Positions 10,672-23,649 of a stretch of 64,000 nucleotides of DNA are shown here, one piece after another; positions within the stretch are counted from its first letter, which is position 1, and every line of letters starts with the position of its first letter. The notes under the pieces were generated by a model. It made no database searches, was not told where the DNA came from, and saw only the letters and a list, made by a program, of their open reading frames with translations. The DNA is taken from the NCBI GenBank assembly GCA_028534125.1, contig CM052817.1, positions 105,216,001-105,280,000 on the forward strand. The letters are read 5' to 3'. The translations under genes and the position numbers were made by a program. This stretch comes from Lama glama (Eukaryota).

Positions 10672-13566
10672 ATGTTATTGGATTTTCAAAAATTTGTGAA
10701 TTTTCTAATTACATTTCTAACTTCACTGCATTGACATATCCCATATCCCATGTATAGTTCAAATCTATTGAGACTTAATAGTCTCATAAATTCTGTTCTG
10801 GAAAATGTTCTATGTGCACTAGAGAAGAGTGTAAACACTTTTGTTGGATGGAGTATTCTGCACTTGTCTATTAAATTCAGCTAGTTAATTGTGTTACTTA
10901 AGTCCTCTGTTTTCTTATTCACTTTGTTTGCTTGTTCTACCATTATTGAGAATGGGGTATTGAATGGGGAGCAAAGAATGGGGGGATGGAATATTGTAAA
11001 TGTAGTATTGTCCATTTTTTCCTTCAATTTTTACTTTAGATATTTTGATGATCTGTTATTAGATGCATAAATGTTTATAACTATTATATATTCCTGCTAT
11101 ATTGAATATTTTACTATCATATAGTTATTGTTCTTTTTTGTGCTTATTTTATCTTTTTGTAGTAAAATGCTTAAATTCCTTTTTCATTTCCTGTTGTATA
11201 TTTTCTATACCTATTTTCTTTGTGGTTACCATGGGGATTCCATTTAACATCCTCAAATTATAACATTTAACTTGAATTTATACCAGCTTAATTTTAATAA
11301 GATACACAAACTCTGTCCCTTTATAGCTCCATCCCCACCCCTCTCAGTTGTTGTCATAAAATTCCATCTTTACACTCATTCAAAACATAGACTAACAATT
11401 CATTAGTCTCTTTTTGTGTAAGAAATAAAATGAAGAGTTGCAAACCAAAGTTGCAATAATACCAGACTTAAGACTAATAATTTTAATGTAGTTTTTTAAT
11501 GTGTTAGTTTCTCATTTCATGTAGAAAACAAAAGGTGGAGTGACATACCACTGCTACACTAATACTAGTTCTCATCATTGCCTGTGCATGTACCTCTACT
11601 GAGATCTTCATTTCTGCATAAGGCTTCAAGTTACTGTTTAATGTCCTTAAATTTCAACTGGCAGGACTCATTTTAGCATTTCTAGCAGGGACAGTCTAAT
11701 AGTAAAAGATTCTTTGAGATTTTGTTCATCTGGGAATATTTTAATTTTTCTCACTTTAGAAGGATATTGTTTTCCAAATATGGGATTCCTGGTTGACAAT
11801 TTTTTTTTAACATTTTGCATATGTCAGCCAACTGCCTCTGGCTTCCAATGTTTCTAATGAGAAATCTGATGACAATCTTATTGAGGTTATCAATCTTGCT
11901 GCTTTTAAATGTCTCTTTTTCTTTGGCTTTTGAAAGTTTGATTATGATATGCCTTGGTGTAGGTCTCTTTGAGTTCATCTGACTTGGAGTTTGTTGAACT
12001 TTTTGAATATTTATGTTCATGTCTTTATGAAACTGGGGAAGTTTTCAGCCTTTATTTCTTCAAATATTTTCTTTGGCCCTTTCTTCTTTCTATAGGAGTC
12101 ATACAATGCATATATTTATCACCTTCATAGAGTCCCACATGCCCTCTAGACTACTTGTTTTCCTTGAATCATTTATCTTTCTGTTCCAAAACTTGGTAAT
12201 TTCCATTGTCCTATCTTCAAGTTTGTGGATTCTATTTCTACCTGCTAAAATCTGCTTTTGAATCCCTCTAGTGACATTTTAATTTCAGTTATTGTGCTTT
12301 TCAGCTCCAGAATTTTTTTGTTTTTTGGGTTTTTTTTAAATGTTTATTGATATTTGCATTTTGCTCATACATCATTTTCTTGAGTTTTTCTACATATGCC
12401 CCTAGTTCTTTGGGTATCTGTTAAGACTGTCTTCAAAGTCTTTAAAGATTTTAAGACTGTCTTTAAAGTCTTTGTCTTGTAGATCTGCCATCAGGACGTT
12501 TTCGGGCACAGATTCTTTTGCTTTATTTATTCTTTCTTTGAATGAATCATACTTTCCTGATTTTTTTATATTACAGTTTCTCATTGAAAAATGGATATTT
12601 GCATCTAATAATGTGGTAATTCAGTTAATCAATCAGATTCTTCCTTTTCCCCACCACTTGCTGTGTTTTCTTTGTGTTTTTGATTATTGCTTTTGTTTTT
12701 TTTAATTTAATTTAATTTTTCTTGGGGGAAGGTAATTAGGTTATTTGTTTATTTATTTATTTATTTACTTATTTACTTACTTATTTACTTATTTATTTAA
12801 TGAGGTGCTGGGAATTGAACACAGGACCTCATGCATGCTAGTCATGTGATCTACCACCAAGCTATACCCTTCACTCTGTTTTTGATTTTTTGCTTCTCAT
12901 GGTCTGTGTCTGAGCTCAGGATCAATCTAAGGTCTTTGGGTCTTATAGGTCTTTTCAGATCCTTTTTGAGACTACTCATTTTCCTGAAAGGAAAAGTGAC
13001 TTTCTAATTTATCTTGTGTAAGTAAGTAGTTTTAAAATGTCTTTGTCTTTAATGTCTGACTCTAAAAAGGGAAAAAGAAAAAAATATATATAGAAAGGTG
13101 AAGCAATTGAGAAGAGAGTGTGCTGGCCCCTGGAAGTCATCTCAACCAGAAGGAGTGGGATGGCAATAGAGGGAGGAGGTGCAACAACTGTAGCTGCACG
13201 CTTCTTTGCACCTTTGTCATCAGAAGAAGCAGTCACAGCATAAATCTCTGTCATTTAAAGACAGAATCCCTTTTCTCGCCCTGACTACTGCATGTGGACT
13301 GCAGGGTGCTCCAGATAAATGTGCAGGGCTACCTGCCATGGGGCTAAGGGGCAGGGGAGTGGATTGCAAGCTGCTACAAGGCTAAGAGCTGAAATTGACT
13401 GAAATTAACTACAACTTCCATCCAGGCTTTCCCTGGAACTTGCAAACCTTCAATCCACTCAGAGCCACCGTATACTTATTACAGACACATTCTGTAAGTA
13501 CAATTGTTGTCTAGGTGGAAGCACAGATTCTCAATGTTTCCTACACCATCTTCCCAGAATCTCTCC
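10672..13566 (-). mobile_element. Old L1 5' half (5' UTR, ORF1, ORF2 endonuclease region), antisense
   Basis: ORF 11751-12020(-) gives the ORF1p-like peptide NIQKVQQTPSQMNSKRPTPRHIIIKLSKAKEKE; right end (rc 'ggagagattctgggaagatggtgtag') resembles an L1M 5' start; interrupted by a SINE. Confidence 0.8.
12695..12872 (-). mobile_element. Camelid-type tRNA-derived SINE (Vic-1-like)
   Basis: rc 'agggtatagcttggtggtagatcacatgactagcatgcatgaggtcctgtgttcaattcccagcacctc' with A/B boxes, a (TAAA)n tail and the 'cctaattacc' tail motif. Confidence 0.85.
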
Positions 13567-13579
13567 TTTTAATGATCCT

Positions 13580-13653
13580 TTTAATGACTGATGTTTTACC
13601 AAACATCTAGGCACTATAGCCTCACTAAGTTGAAACGTAAACTTAATCACGAT
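13580..13653 (-). mobile_element. MLT2-like LTR fragment
   Basis: 'tgttttaccaaacatctaggcactatagcctcactaagttgaaacgtaaacttaatcacgata' resembles the antisense MLT2 terminus. Confidence 0.55.
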
Positions 13654-14615
13654 AGGCCCCAATCAAGAAAATCTCAAAATAAAATCTGGGTATCATTCTC
13701 TCAGCAGCTTCGAAGGAGATGGTCATGTGTTGGGCAACAGATCCTCCTGTGGTTTATCCAGAGAAAGAATGCAGAGGAAAAGGGTATTTTCTAGAAGCAG
13801 GGTGATCGCTTGAAACTCCAGCTGTAATTATCTAAAACTATACCCAAGAGGATCACCTAAAGTGACCATGGGATCTTAACACAGTTGCTGGGTGGAGTGG
13901 ATTATCAAAGAAGCTGTAGCTGAAGTGATGTAGGAAGCCAAACAAAAAGACATTGCCAACTTGATCCAAGAACAAGCCCCTTGAAAGAAAATTTCAGCTT
14001 TATTCTTCTGTCAGACCCAGAGAATAAGCAATATGCTTATGAAAGGACTGATTGAGAACTTCTATGTTCCATTTCTCTTTCCTCTCCCTTGCCCCATCCC
14101 AGAAGAATCTGGGACTTTGAGAAGCCAAATGACAGAGGAAGATTGGAAGTGATTCAGTAAGGAAACTAGACAGACCAAAGCAATCTTCTAATATTTCCTT
14201 GCCTGAAGCAAGCACCAGATACATGAGCAGGAGCAGCTATAGTCCTGCATTGAATAGTAAGTGTGGCTGGACTCTACGGACTAAATCAGATCCACATCTA
14301 TGTCCTAGAGTTATCATAAACTACTTTAAGTCATCTTCTAGAATCTCACATGTCCTATCTGGATGCAATCATGCTCTCATGCTGTTAAGATAAATGAATG
14401 ATTCCTATAAGCTTCAGTGAGTTCTTACCTACCATTCATCTGCATTCCACCTCCAGTGTGTGCTGTACTCAGCAAGCTTAAAATTGGTCAAGGTTATGAA
14501 GCAAATGGTCTTTGGAGATGAATGCTGGAGTGGACAATCAGATTTTGACAAGGGGAAAATAAAGTATTTCAGGGTTTTTGACAAGTGAGCCCTGTCCAAA
14601 GAAAATGCTCTGGGT

Positions 14616-14790
14616 AAATTGAGAGTTCGAGATTTCCAGATACTAACTACCGTATTCAATATCTTGTAGCAACCTATAACGAAAAAGAATATGAAAAGAA
14701 ATATATGTATGTATATGTATGACTGAAACATTATGCTGCACATCAGAAACTGACACAACATTGTAAACTGACTATACTTCAATAAAAAAA
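14616..14790 (+). mobile_element. Young L1 3'-UTR stub with internal deletion
   Basis: TSD ~AAA(A/C)TGCTCTGGGT (14602-14615 / 14790-14803); ends 'gactatacttcaataaaaaaaa'. Confidence 0.85.
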
Positions 14791-17657
14791 AACTGCTCTG
14801 GGTGATAAATTGTTGAAAGATTGTCATCAACTGGAAACAGAACTTTGATCTTGAGATTATTACCATCAGCTGACACAACTCTTGAAATATTAGTATGCAT
14901 CCACATCTCAGAGAACACAATGATTTTGAATTGGAATAGAAAGTCCAGCACTGCTACCATTTCATTTCCACTACAGCACTCACTGCAATGTGTCTTCTTG
15001 TACTATTAGATATCTGTCTGGTTTTCTCAATTGATTTAGAGGAATTAATGTATCTGCCTATTTAGCTAATAAATACTGAGTGCTGAATAGTTGCTCCTGG
15101 GGAAAAGAGATCTTCGATGTCTTTTGCCATTTCATTTCCCCATCCACAGAAAAGAGGGGTTATTATAAATAGTTCAGTTTGAAGGATATACTAGTCTTTG
15201 AATACTAAAAGTTTTAGCGGAGCTAGACTGTCGGTGCTTATGAGATTTTGTTATTAACTCTTCTGCTATTTTATGATCAAAATAGTAAAGACCGGTACTA
15301 ACTCATGTGAGGTGACTACTCCAGGAAGAATTGTTGTGTTCACACACTTTAGCATTAAGGCAAAGTATTAATGCCATGATCCAAGAAGGTTCTAGAGCAT
15401 ATAGTTTCAGCCCATTCTGTGGCAGGCATCAGGGATAAATTTTGTTATTTTTGTTGCTTGATTTTTTTTATTTTGGTATTAAAGTTCGGGTCCATACTCA
15501 GCTAATAAATCACTACTTTGCTTTTCCATTGTTTACTCCCATTCATTTGAACAGTACATTGGGTGGGAAGATGGCTGGACCAACATTAAGTTTATTCATT
15601 TCTGTTTTTTTGGCTTATTAATAATTACAGTACACTATAACACTTTAATACCACCAAATCATTGCTTGCATAGTATGTAGTTTTACATTGGGACCTTTTC
15701 CTTCATAGCTAGTAGAAGTTATTTAATTTCCTTAGCTTCAATTTTTAAAATTTTTTTATTGAATTATAGTTGATTTACAGTGTTATGATCTCAGCTTCAC
15801 TTTAAAGTATGTCTTTTATGCTATTAATATAAATTAGAAAATAACCTTATCCTATTGTACTGAATTCCAAACCTTAAAGGATTCAGCACCTTTTTATCAC
15901 CATTAACAACCAGGAGCCTAATCAGGGAAAAGGTTAATCATCTTGTAAAACTTTGTCTATAATTTGAGATATTTATTCCAGAAGGTCTTCTCTCTCATCT
16001 TTCCAAATATCAAAAATCACAAGATATCTTCTGTCAAACATAAAAACAGCGAAATATAAAAAAATAAAATTATACACAACATTTTCAACTTCTGAGAAAC
16101 TACAAGTATCCAGCAACATGTATTTTAAAATAAATTTAGAGTTTTAGGTAAAAACTACAAGTCAGTTCATGTCAATCAAATTTAATTTTTTAAAAATATG
16201 AACATTTCTTAAAGCAAATATTTAAGTTGCAGTTTTGTGCCCAGGAAATTTATTCCCAATTGTCTGAATGACATGGAATTATCTGTGGATCAACCACGTA
16301 CTTTATTTTAAACTTGAAGAAGATGGGACAGCATGCAGCAGAAGTCGATTTCAAAGAGAAGGCATGTTTTCAGGCATTATTTTTCAGTGAATCATTTTCA
16401 TGACAAAAATTATAATAAGCTAAGTATGGTACAACATCCACTTTTCTAACACGGCTAGAAAATAGTATTAAATTGTACCATCCTCATTACCATCCTAAGG
16501 CAGTCACTTCACATTACTTTTCGCTCAGGTTGATACGTGCATTCACAGTCATTGCCTGACTTCCATTACCACCTTCCCTGCCATTTATCATTAGTGTGAG
16601 GTAGGTAGAAAGCCAAAAAGAAATCTAACGTGATAAGGAACACATAGAAGGAATACAGCAAGCAAAACGAAGCGTCCCAAATAATACTTGCATATTCTGG
16701 TACTTTAGAAGTTAGGGGAAGAATATTATTTTTTTCATTTGCTTCCTTTCTAATATTATCATAACATCACTTATATGGGAATTATGCTAATGAGATACGG
16801 CTCAACAAAGGCTGATCATGAGCAATTTATAAATTAATAAAGTAAAAGCTAGCACCCATCCCAGTCCCCTTCTCAGAATTCATGGAGATGGCAAAAAGTA
16901 TAGAACTGTGAGTGAAGGCTCAGGTGAAGTTATCCTACAGGGTGTCTGAGCTTGACCTTACGTCACTTTCCATCAGTGAGACCCAGTATCCTAGAAGCTG
17001 TCACCTTCAGTTCATGAGAGTCCCTACCTGGGTCAAAACTGATCTGCGGCAAGCTGAGATGGAGACAGATTTTGTAACTATCTGGAAAAGTCATAGAGCC
17101 CAGTTAACAGGCAATCTCTTAGGAGTGCTTCACATCATTATTAAGCATGATGGGCCAGTCTGTCCTCCAAAATGAAGTACTCTGTGTCTTTCCGTATCTT
17201 TTGCTATCAAATCCATGAGGCCATCCTAGTATCTGCTGCAAAATGAGCAAGATGGGTTTTAAGAAAGGGAGTTAAGTAAGACAGTGAATCACGCAGAACC
17301 TCTCTTTATTGTTAGTAAAAATACCCAGTGGATGTTCAGAAAAAAAAATAATTATGCCATGAAAAAGAGAAACATGTGGCCAGACTAGGCATATGATTGA
17401 CTTATCTCAACTGTATTTAGACTCCAAGTCATTGGTTGTTTGCATGAGAATTGTAGCGGTACTACACATAGTACCAGCAGTACCACAGCGGTACCATTAT
17501 TAGTAGTAGTACTGTAGTACTAGTATAGGTGCATAGTACTGCCATGCCAAAGTCAAAATGTAAAATTAATCAAGAGATTAAAAAAGCTAAAAGAGCTTAA
17601 TCAAGAGCTAAAATTAATTGAGAGGAGCACAGATATCAATGGTATTGCATCCAGGAA

Positions 17658-17660
<3 letters not shown>

Positions 17661-17710
<50 letters not shown>
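17661..17710 (+). repeat. (AAT)n microsatellite, ~16 units
   Basis: Perfect AAT run. Confidence 0.97.
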
Positions 17711-17712
<2 letters not shown>

Positions 17713-17907
17713 GTGTCAGGCAATTAGACCAAAGTCCAGTGTGTAGCTAAGGCAAGATTTTGGTCAATGTCCTTAATGATGATTCACAAAAGAGAGAAAT
17801 CATCACCCTCAAGTATGCTATTATCTTCCAAAATGGGAAAAAAATAAAACTAGCAATGCTTTTTTAAAACAAATGTACTTCTCATTAAAATTGAGACATT
17901 TTGATCG

Positions 17908-18325
17908 TGTTAGATACGTTTGCTGAGTTCTCAATATCCATTTGTTCCTCCTGTGTGCCTTGTTCTATTTCTAAAAACTACATTTCCCAGAATCTCTTGC
18001 TGGATGTTCTAGACGCAAATTAAGTTTTACTAATTTTCTGCTGTCTCACTGGTGTTTTGCTCTGTTGTTCAGCAAGAAAAACCTAGAAGGACATGGGTGT
18101 CTCCTCAACTCCTTCATGGATTTAGAAGGCGATGGCGGATTCAGGATGGCTTCCTTCTCCTGGCTTTTTCATTCCCAGATTGATATGTTCATCTGTGGCC
18201 TCCTGATTCTCACTCATTTATCCTTTCTAATAATTTAGTAAAATTTACAAAATTTACTGGATTAAATGTCTTTATGTTTAAACTGCCTGGAATGATTTTG
18301 TTTCTTGGAACAAAGTGCAACTAAT
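17908..18325 (+). mobile_element. LTR33-like ERVL LTR
   Basis: 'aactacatttcccagaatctcttgc...gacgcaaattaagtttt' near the 5' end and 'tttaaactgcctggaatgattttgtttc' at the 3' end. Confidence 0.6.
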
Positions 18326-19424
18326 ATAAGCAACAAAAAAGTAGGAAATGGGGTTAGTTTATTTCTTCTGTTCAAAAGGATCGTAATTATCTTGCAAAAC
18401 AAACTACATTTACCTGTGGAGCAGACAGAGGTGCCAGGCATACAAACGCAAAGGAAAAAGTCTCTTTTCAATGTCTTGAAGAAAGACATTATTTTCCGGT
18501 GGCAGCTCAAGATTGGTGCATCCACTATCTAATTACTAAATTTGAAATTTCTTCACATCAATCATCAGGTACCAGACTAAGCGAACAATGTGGACATGTC
18601 TTCAACATCAGCCTGTGAGACCCATTCCCCTGAGATCAGCAAAAAGAGTAGAAAGAGATCATTGAAAATGTCAGAGGAATGAGTATATACCACTGAAAAA
18701 TCCCACATATCTTTTGAAAAAGAAAGGAACCATAAAAGAATGCAGAGAAGAGCATTAAGGATGCACTACTGACACATTCTACATTAAAAACAGAGAAAAC
18801 CTGAAGTCACTGATCATAGTTGTAAAACAAAACATGGCTTCCCACTGATTATATTCCTTCCATGAAACTTTTTATTATCTTACGGAAACCCAGCAATTTT
18901 TAGGGAAAGAAATATGATCACCAATGCTATTAAACAACATCATGGAGGACTCTACTCAGCAAATGGAAGTTGATTGACAAGCCACCATCTCAATCTTTTT
19001 CCAGTATTTTGTAAATCAAAAAAGCATAAAAGGAAGCCATGCAGGGTCTCATTACCAATTATCAAACAAATGCCAGATGTAAGAAAACTGTAACTCTTCC
19101 TGTAACAAGAGACATTTGGAAAACATGCAACTTTCAACTGATCAGGCCCCCTGCAAGGCACTGAGGTTGTTCTTCTACCTGCAGTACTCTTTCTAGAATT
19201 CACTCTAGCATGAGTTTATTGCTTGTGCCTTTTCTCTGTCTTCCTTCCTCTGAAGGATATTTGCACTGGAGCTAGAGTTCTGGGATGATAGCTTACTTTC
19301 TTTCAGTGTTTAAAAAAAAAGTGCTACACTTTGTTTTCTTCTGTTGAGAAGTCAGATTTAAGCGTATTGTTTCCACTGAATTTTATTTTCCCAAGCTGAT
19401 TTTCTCCACCAATTTCCAAGGATA

Positions 19425-20320
19425 TAACACATACAGAGTGTGTCTTTGCAGTAGAATTAAATTAGAAACCAGTAACAACATGAAAACCAGAAGATATTCA
19501 GTGCTTGGAAATTAAGCAATACACTCCTATGCAATTGATGGGTCCAAGAACAAATCATAATAGGTTTTAAATAACACTTTGAAATGAGTGTTAATAAAAA
19601 ATATTCCACGTCAAACCTTGACGGATGCAGCTTGATAATCTTGACAGAAGGATGATCTCTTTAAAGCATATAATAGAAAACAAGACTGCAAATCAGTGAG
19701 CCAAGCATTCTCCTTAGAATTTAGAAAGATAAACAGCAAATTAAAGTAAAAGTGTGGAAAGAATGAAATAATAGAGTCAATAGAAGAAATTAATAAAAGA
19801 CACATACTAAAGTTGGCTTAGTGAAAGTTGGTTTTTGAGATAATAAAATTGATATATCTGTAGAAACAAATCTAGGGGGAGGGGATGGCTCAGTGGTAGA
19901 GTGCCTGCCTAGTGTGCATAAGGTCCTGGGTTCAATCCCTAGTAACTCCACTTAAAAAATAAGTAAATAAATAAACCTAATTATTTCCTCCCCTAAAAAA
20001 AAAATAAGAAAAAGAAATCCATAGAAAACCTGTACTTAAACTAAAGCATAAACAATACTAGTATTTAAAATATTAACACTACTATAGAATCTACAATTAT
20101 TATGTTATTAAATAGTTCTAGAAACACCACTGTGGGATAAATTTGAGCAATATATATCCAATGAATACACTTTTAGAAAAACAACTATAAATAAAACTGA
20201 CATAAAAATAGACTTTCAATATACACAAATGCACACACACACACACATACATAGGCAATCACAATTTCTTACAAAGAAAACTCAACATTCATGGCATCAT
20301 GGTGAATGCAAGTAGACATC
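19425..20320 (+). mobile_element. Old L1 ORF2 fragment (after the endonuclease domain), interrupted by a SINE
   Basis: 'gaattaaattagaaaccagtaacaac', 'tggaaattaagcaatacactcct', 'tgggtccaagaacaaatcataa' are L1 ORF2 hallmarks. Confidence 0.7.
19875..20015 (+). mobile_element. Camelid-type tRNA-derived SINE
   Basis: 'gggggaggggatggctcagtggtagagtgcctgcctagtgtgcataaggtcctgggttcaatccctag' plus A-rich tail. Confidence 0.9.
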
Positions 20321-20824
20321 ATAAAATTACCTGAGATAAGGGAAGCTGGGGAAAAGTGTGGTATGTCCCAGTTCCCTCCACCTTGTTCAGGGTGAAAGTT
20401 CAAATTCATGTAAGGATGCAGGAAGGGTAGCGTGATAGTCTAGGTTTTAATATAAACTGGCTATTATATTTCCACATATAATACTGAGGAGGTATAAGTG
20501 AATTTTATCACTGGCTCCCAGGGTGGGATGGGGGGCTCACTTAAAATTTCCAGTATTTCCTCTCAAGGACTTAATAAACCATACATTTTTGGAACCATCA
20601 GGAAACTTGGGGTAGACTGTATAGATTTAGATAAAACTTTAGATTTAATAAAGATATAAAAGAACGACTCATCTTAATATCTCACTGAAAAGCCACCTAA
20701 AGGTGAATATGCAGACAGGTTAAAAGTAAAGGTATTATCTTTATCAAATGTATTAGAAAAGGAAGATAAAAGAATAAAAATATTCTATTTATTATATTTT
20801 CCTTCTTTTTAAAATTTTTCATTC

Positions 20825-21264
20825 TGTAATAGAAAAGAACAAATCTGACCCCACATTAGATCTGTTCCTTTGGCTTTAACCCTGTGCCCTGTTTTCTAGG
20901 CTTAGTCTTGTTAGCTCTGCACTCACGTAAAGACAAGTTGCAGAATAGAGAATAACGTTTGTTTTGTTGGAGGTTTTGCAGGAACTCCATGAGCTGGCCC
21001 ACGTGGACAGCTGCAGGAACAAAGAATTCCTACACCAAGAAGTTTGCAACAATCGACCATACCACCTCCCCCCCCCCTTTTTTTTTTTTTGTATGGAGGA
21101 GCCTGTATTCTGACTAGGGGAGGATGGTTCTCCAAGACATTAGTCTGCCATCCTCTCGGTCTGCCAGCTTTCCGAATAAAGTCGCTATTCCTTGCCCCAA
21201 CACCTCGTATCCTGATTTACTGGCCTGTCGTGCGGCCAGCAGAATGAGTTTGGACTCGGTAACA
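20825..21264 (+). mobile_element. Solo ERV1-type LTR (440 bp)
   Basis: TGTAA...GGTAACA ends; near-TSD ATTC/GTTC; AATAAA at 21175; retains CpGs. Confidence 0.8.
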
Positions 21265-21599
21265 GTTCCATTTCCATGATTTTGGATTGACTGTGTTATA
21301 GTATTTCTCTGTAAACAATAACATAAACTACATCTAGGAATTTCTTAACATTGATGTATGTGAATTTTATAAGTTGTTACGGAGTGTTTATATTGACTTA
21401 CTCTCTACATTTTCTCTTATTTTTATTTTAATGTAATCTTAAAAGTTTAGAAGAAATATAATCCTCAATTTAAAGCTTAAAATGCATATCCATTAGTTAT
21501 ATAGCATACATTTAGTGAGAGTTTATGTCTAGCATTGTACTAAGTAAGAATAAAAAATTAACATAGTCCCCAACACCAAAAAGCTTTCAGAATATAGAT

Positions 21600-22620
21600 A
21601 TAATGAAATTATAAATAACAAATAACAACATAAAATATTTTAAACTATTTAAAATTCAAATTGTATGGAAAGGCTCATTATTCTTTAACCAAATTTCATA
21701 GGTAAAATAAGTAAATTAAAAATTGAAATGAATAGGGTACTTTCAGTGTATTTAATATACAACAAAAGTTAAAGAACATTTTTATGATTTCATAATTTGT
21801 TTACAAAAATATATTATAAAATCAAAAAGAAAATGTTGAGAAATCAAATTTAAAAACAAAAAATTTTGCAAGGTACACTTCATGTCAAAAGTTAAATCTG
21901 CATGTCAAAAACTAGAAATTAGTAAAAAATAAAATATTATTTTATGTAACAGATGAATCAAAAAGTAATTAAAAACACAAAAATGGAAAACTTAAGAAAT
22001 AATGTAAATGATAATGTGATCTGTCCACATATGAGACTTAGACAAGTGAGAATTCTTAAGAAAATCTGATTACAAATTATCTTGAAAATGGAACATTAAA
22101 TAAACATAGTGAGCAATGGTAATATTGCAAAAGGAATTGAAAAACAACCCAAAGTAAAACAGGAATGTGAGGAAGATAAAATCAGAACTATGCACATAAA
22201 ATAAGGAAAATTATAATGAATCCATCTGAATTCATATTTTTACAAAAATGAATCAAAAAACATGAAAGCTTTTTGAGCTTAATCTGGGGAACAGGACAAA
22301 AAGCACAAATAAGCAGTACATTAATAAAATAGAGTTTAGGAAAATATAATGATGAAGACTGGGTAGTTTCTAACCAATACAGTTAATACTATCAAAGTAA
22401 TATGTTGTTTTCTATATAAAATATAATTTATAATTATAATGGACAGTAACCAAAATTTCTAAAAATAACACTTCATGCTGATTACATAGCTATCAAAAAT
22501 CAAACCAAGAAAGAATGTGCAACAAATTAGATAATCCTTATTATTTTACAATAAGCCTTGGTCAATGTTATACCACTTTTGGAAATTAACAAAATACTAA
22601 AAATGAAAGTGTTCTGAACA
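21600..22620 (+). mobile_element. Very degraded, A-rich old L1-like sequence
   Basis: Strong A skew with faint ORF2-like phrases. Confidence 0.4.
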
Positions 22621-22980
22621 AGGAACATACCTCTTCAAAGTCGAGGCATATCTAAGCATTGAGTCTCATATCTGTTTCTTGAAATACATACTGAGAAAGA
22701 TCCTTTTCTCAGACTATTGTTCAGAAAAGTTGCTTCTCTTGCCATTAAGAAATATAACTATCTCCTCTGAATTAAAATCATTATTACTAAGATAATAACA
22801 ATAACAACATTAATTATAACCAGTTGTATTAATGTAAGTGTGAAACTTGCCTCTTCCAGACCAGGTGGCCTTACAACTAGTCTCAGTGATTCTGCTCTGG
22901 ACTTTTGGCATTCTTCTTTCTTAAATATATCATTTTATTTTTTTTGCCCTTTTATGTACTGGGTTATGTAATGATCTTTG

Positions 22981-23206
22981 GGGATTTGGGTTTTTTTTCC
23001 CCTACCAAACTGATCTCTTTTATTGAGTATAGTCGATTTACAAGGTTGTGTTAATTTCTGGTGTACAGCATAATGATTAATTTAATATATAAATATATAC
23101 ATATTTATATATTATTTTTCATTTTCATTATAGGCTATTACAAGATATTGAATACTGTGCTATATAGTAGGGCATTGTTTATCTAATTTATACATAGTAA
23201 TTAGTA
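22981..23206 (-). mobile_element. Young L1 3'-UTR stub
   Basis: 12-bp TSD TAATGATCTTTG (22969-22980 / 23207-23218); antisense L1 end 'tattgagtatagtcgatttacaaggttgtgttaatttctggtgtacagca'. Confidence 0.85.
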
Positions 23207-23649
23207 TAATGATCTTTGAATATAACAAAATATATAAAATACATTTTAAACAGCTTCTGAACATCAGAAGGATCTGTTGCCTACGGGATGGTTTAGGTGG
23301 GACATGATGGTCTAAAATTTTTTGAGCCCCAGCAATGAGCCAGGCAGGATACTGTCCTTTACAAATACTATTCCACTCAGATGAATGCAGGTATGAGGCA
23401 GGGTTTTAACATTCTTGTTTTATAAATGAAGACACTGAGTTCCACAAAGTTAGGAGAATTGACCAAGGCCACAGTCAGTTAATCATGAAATTAGTGGTCA
23501 AATCCTGGTCTGTTCCAAAAAAACATTTTTATTTTTTTTGCTACTATACTATATCATACCTAGAGGGAATGTGTAAATAGGAGTCAAACCATTTAAAATT
23601 TTTAAAAAATTCCTCAATTTCTCTAATATTATTAACATCGTTGAGAGAA

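Noticed and set aside
14429..14920. 163-aa minus-strand ORF
   Set aside because: Runs through an antisense L1 3'-UTR stub, has a non-ATG start and shows no protein similarity
19875..19955. tRNA-like sequences (also at 12800, 25890 and 36490)
   Set aside because: Diverged from each other and followed by A-rich SINE tails; these are tRNA-derived SINEs, not tRNA genes
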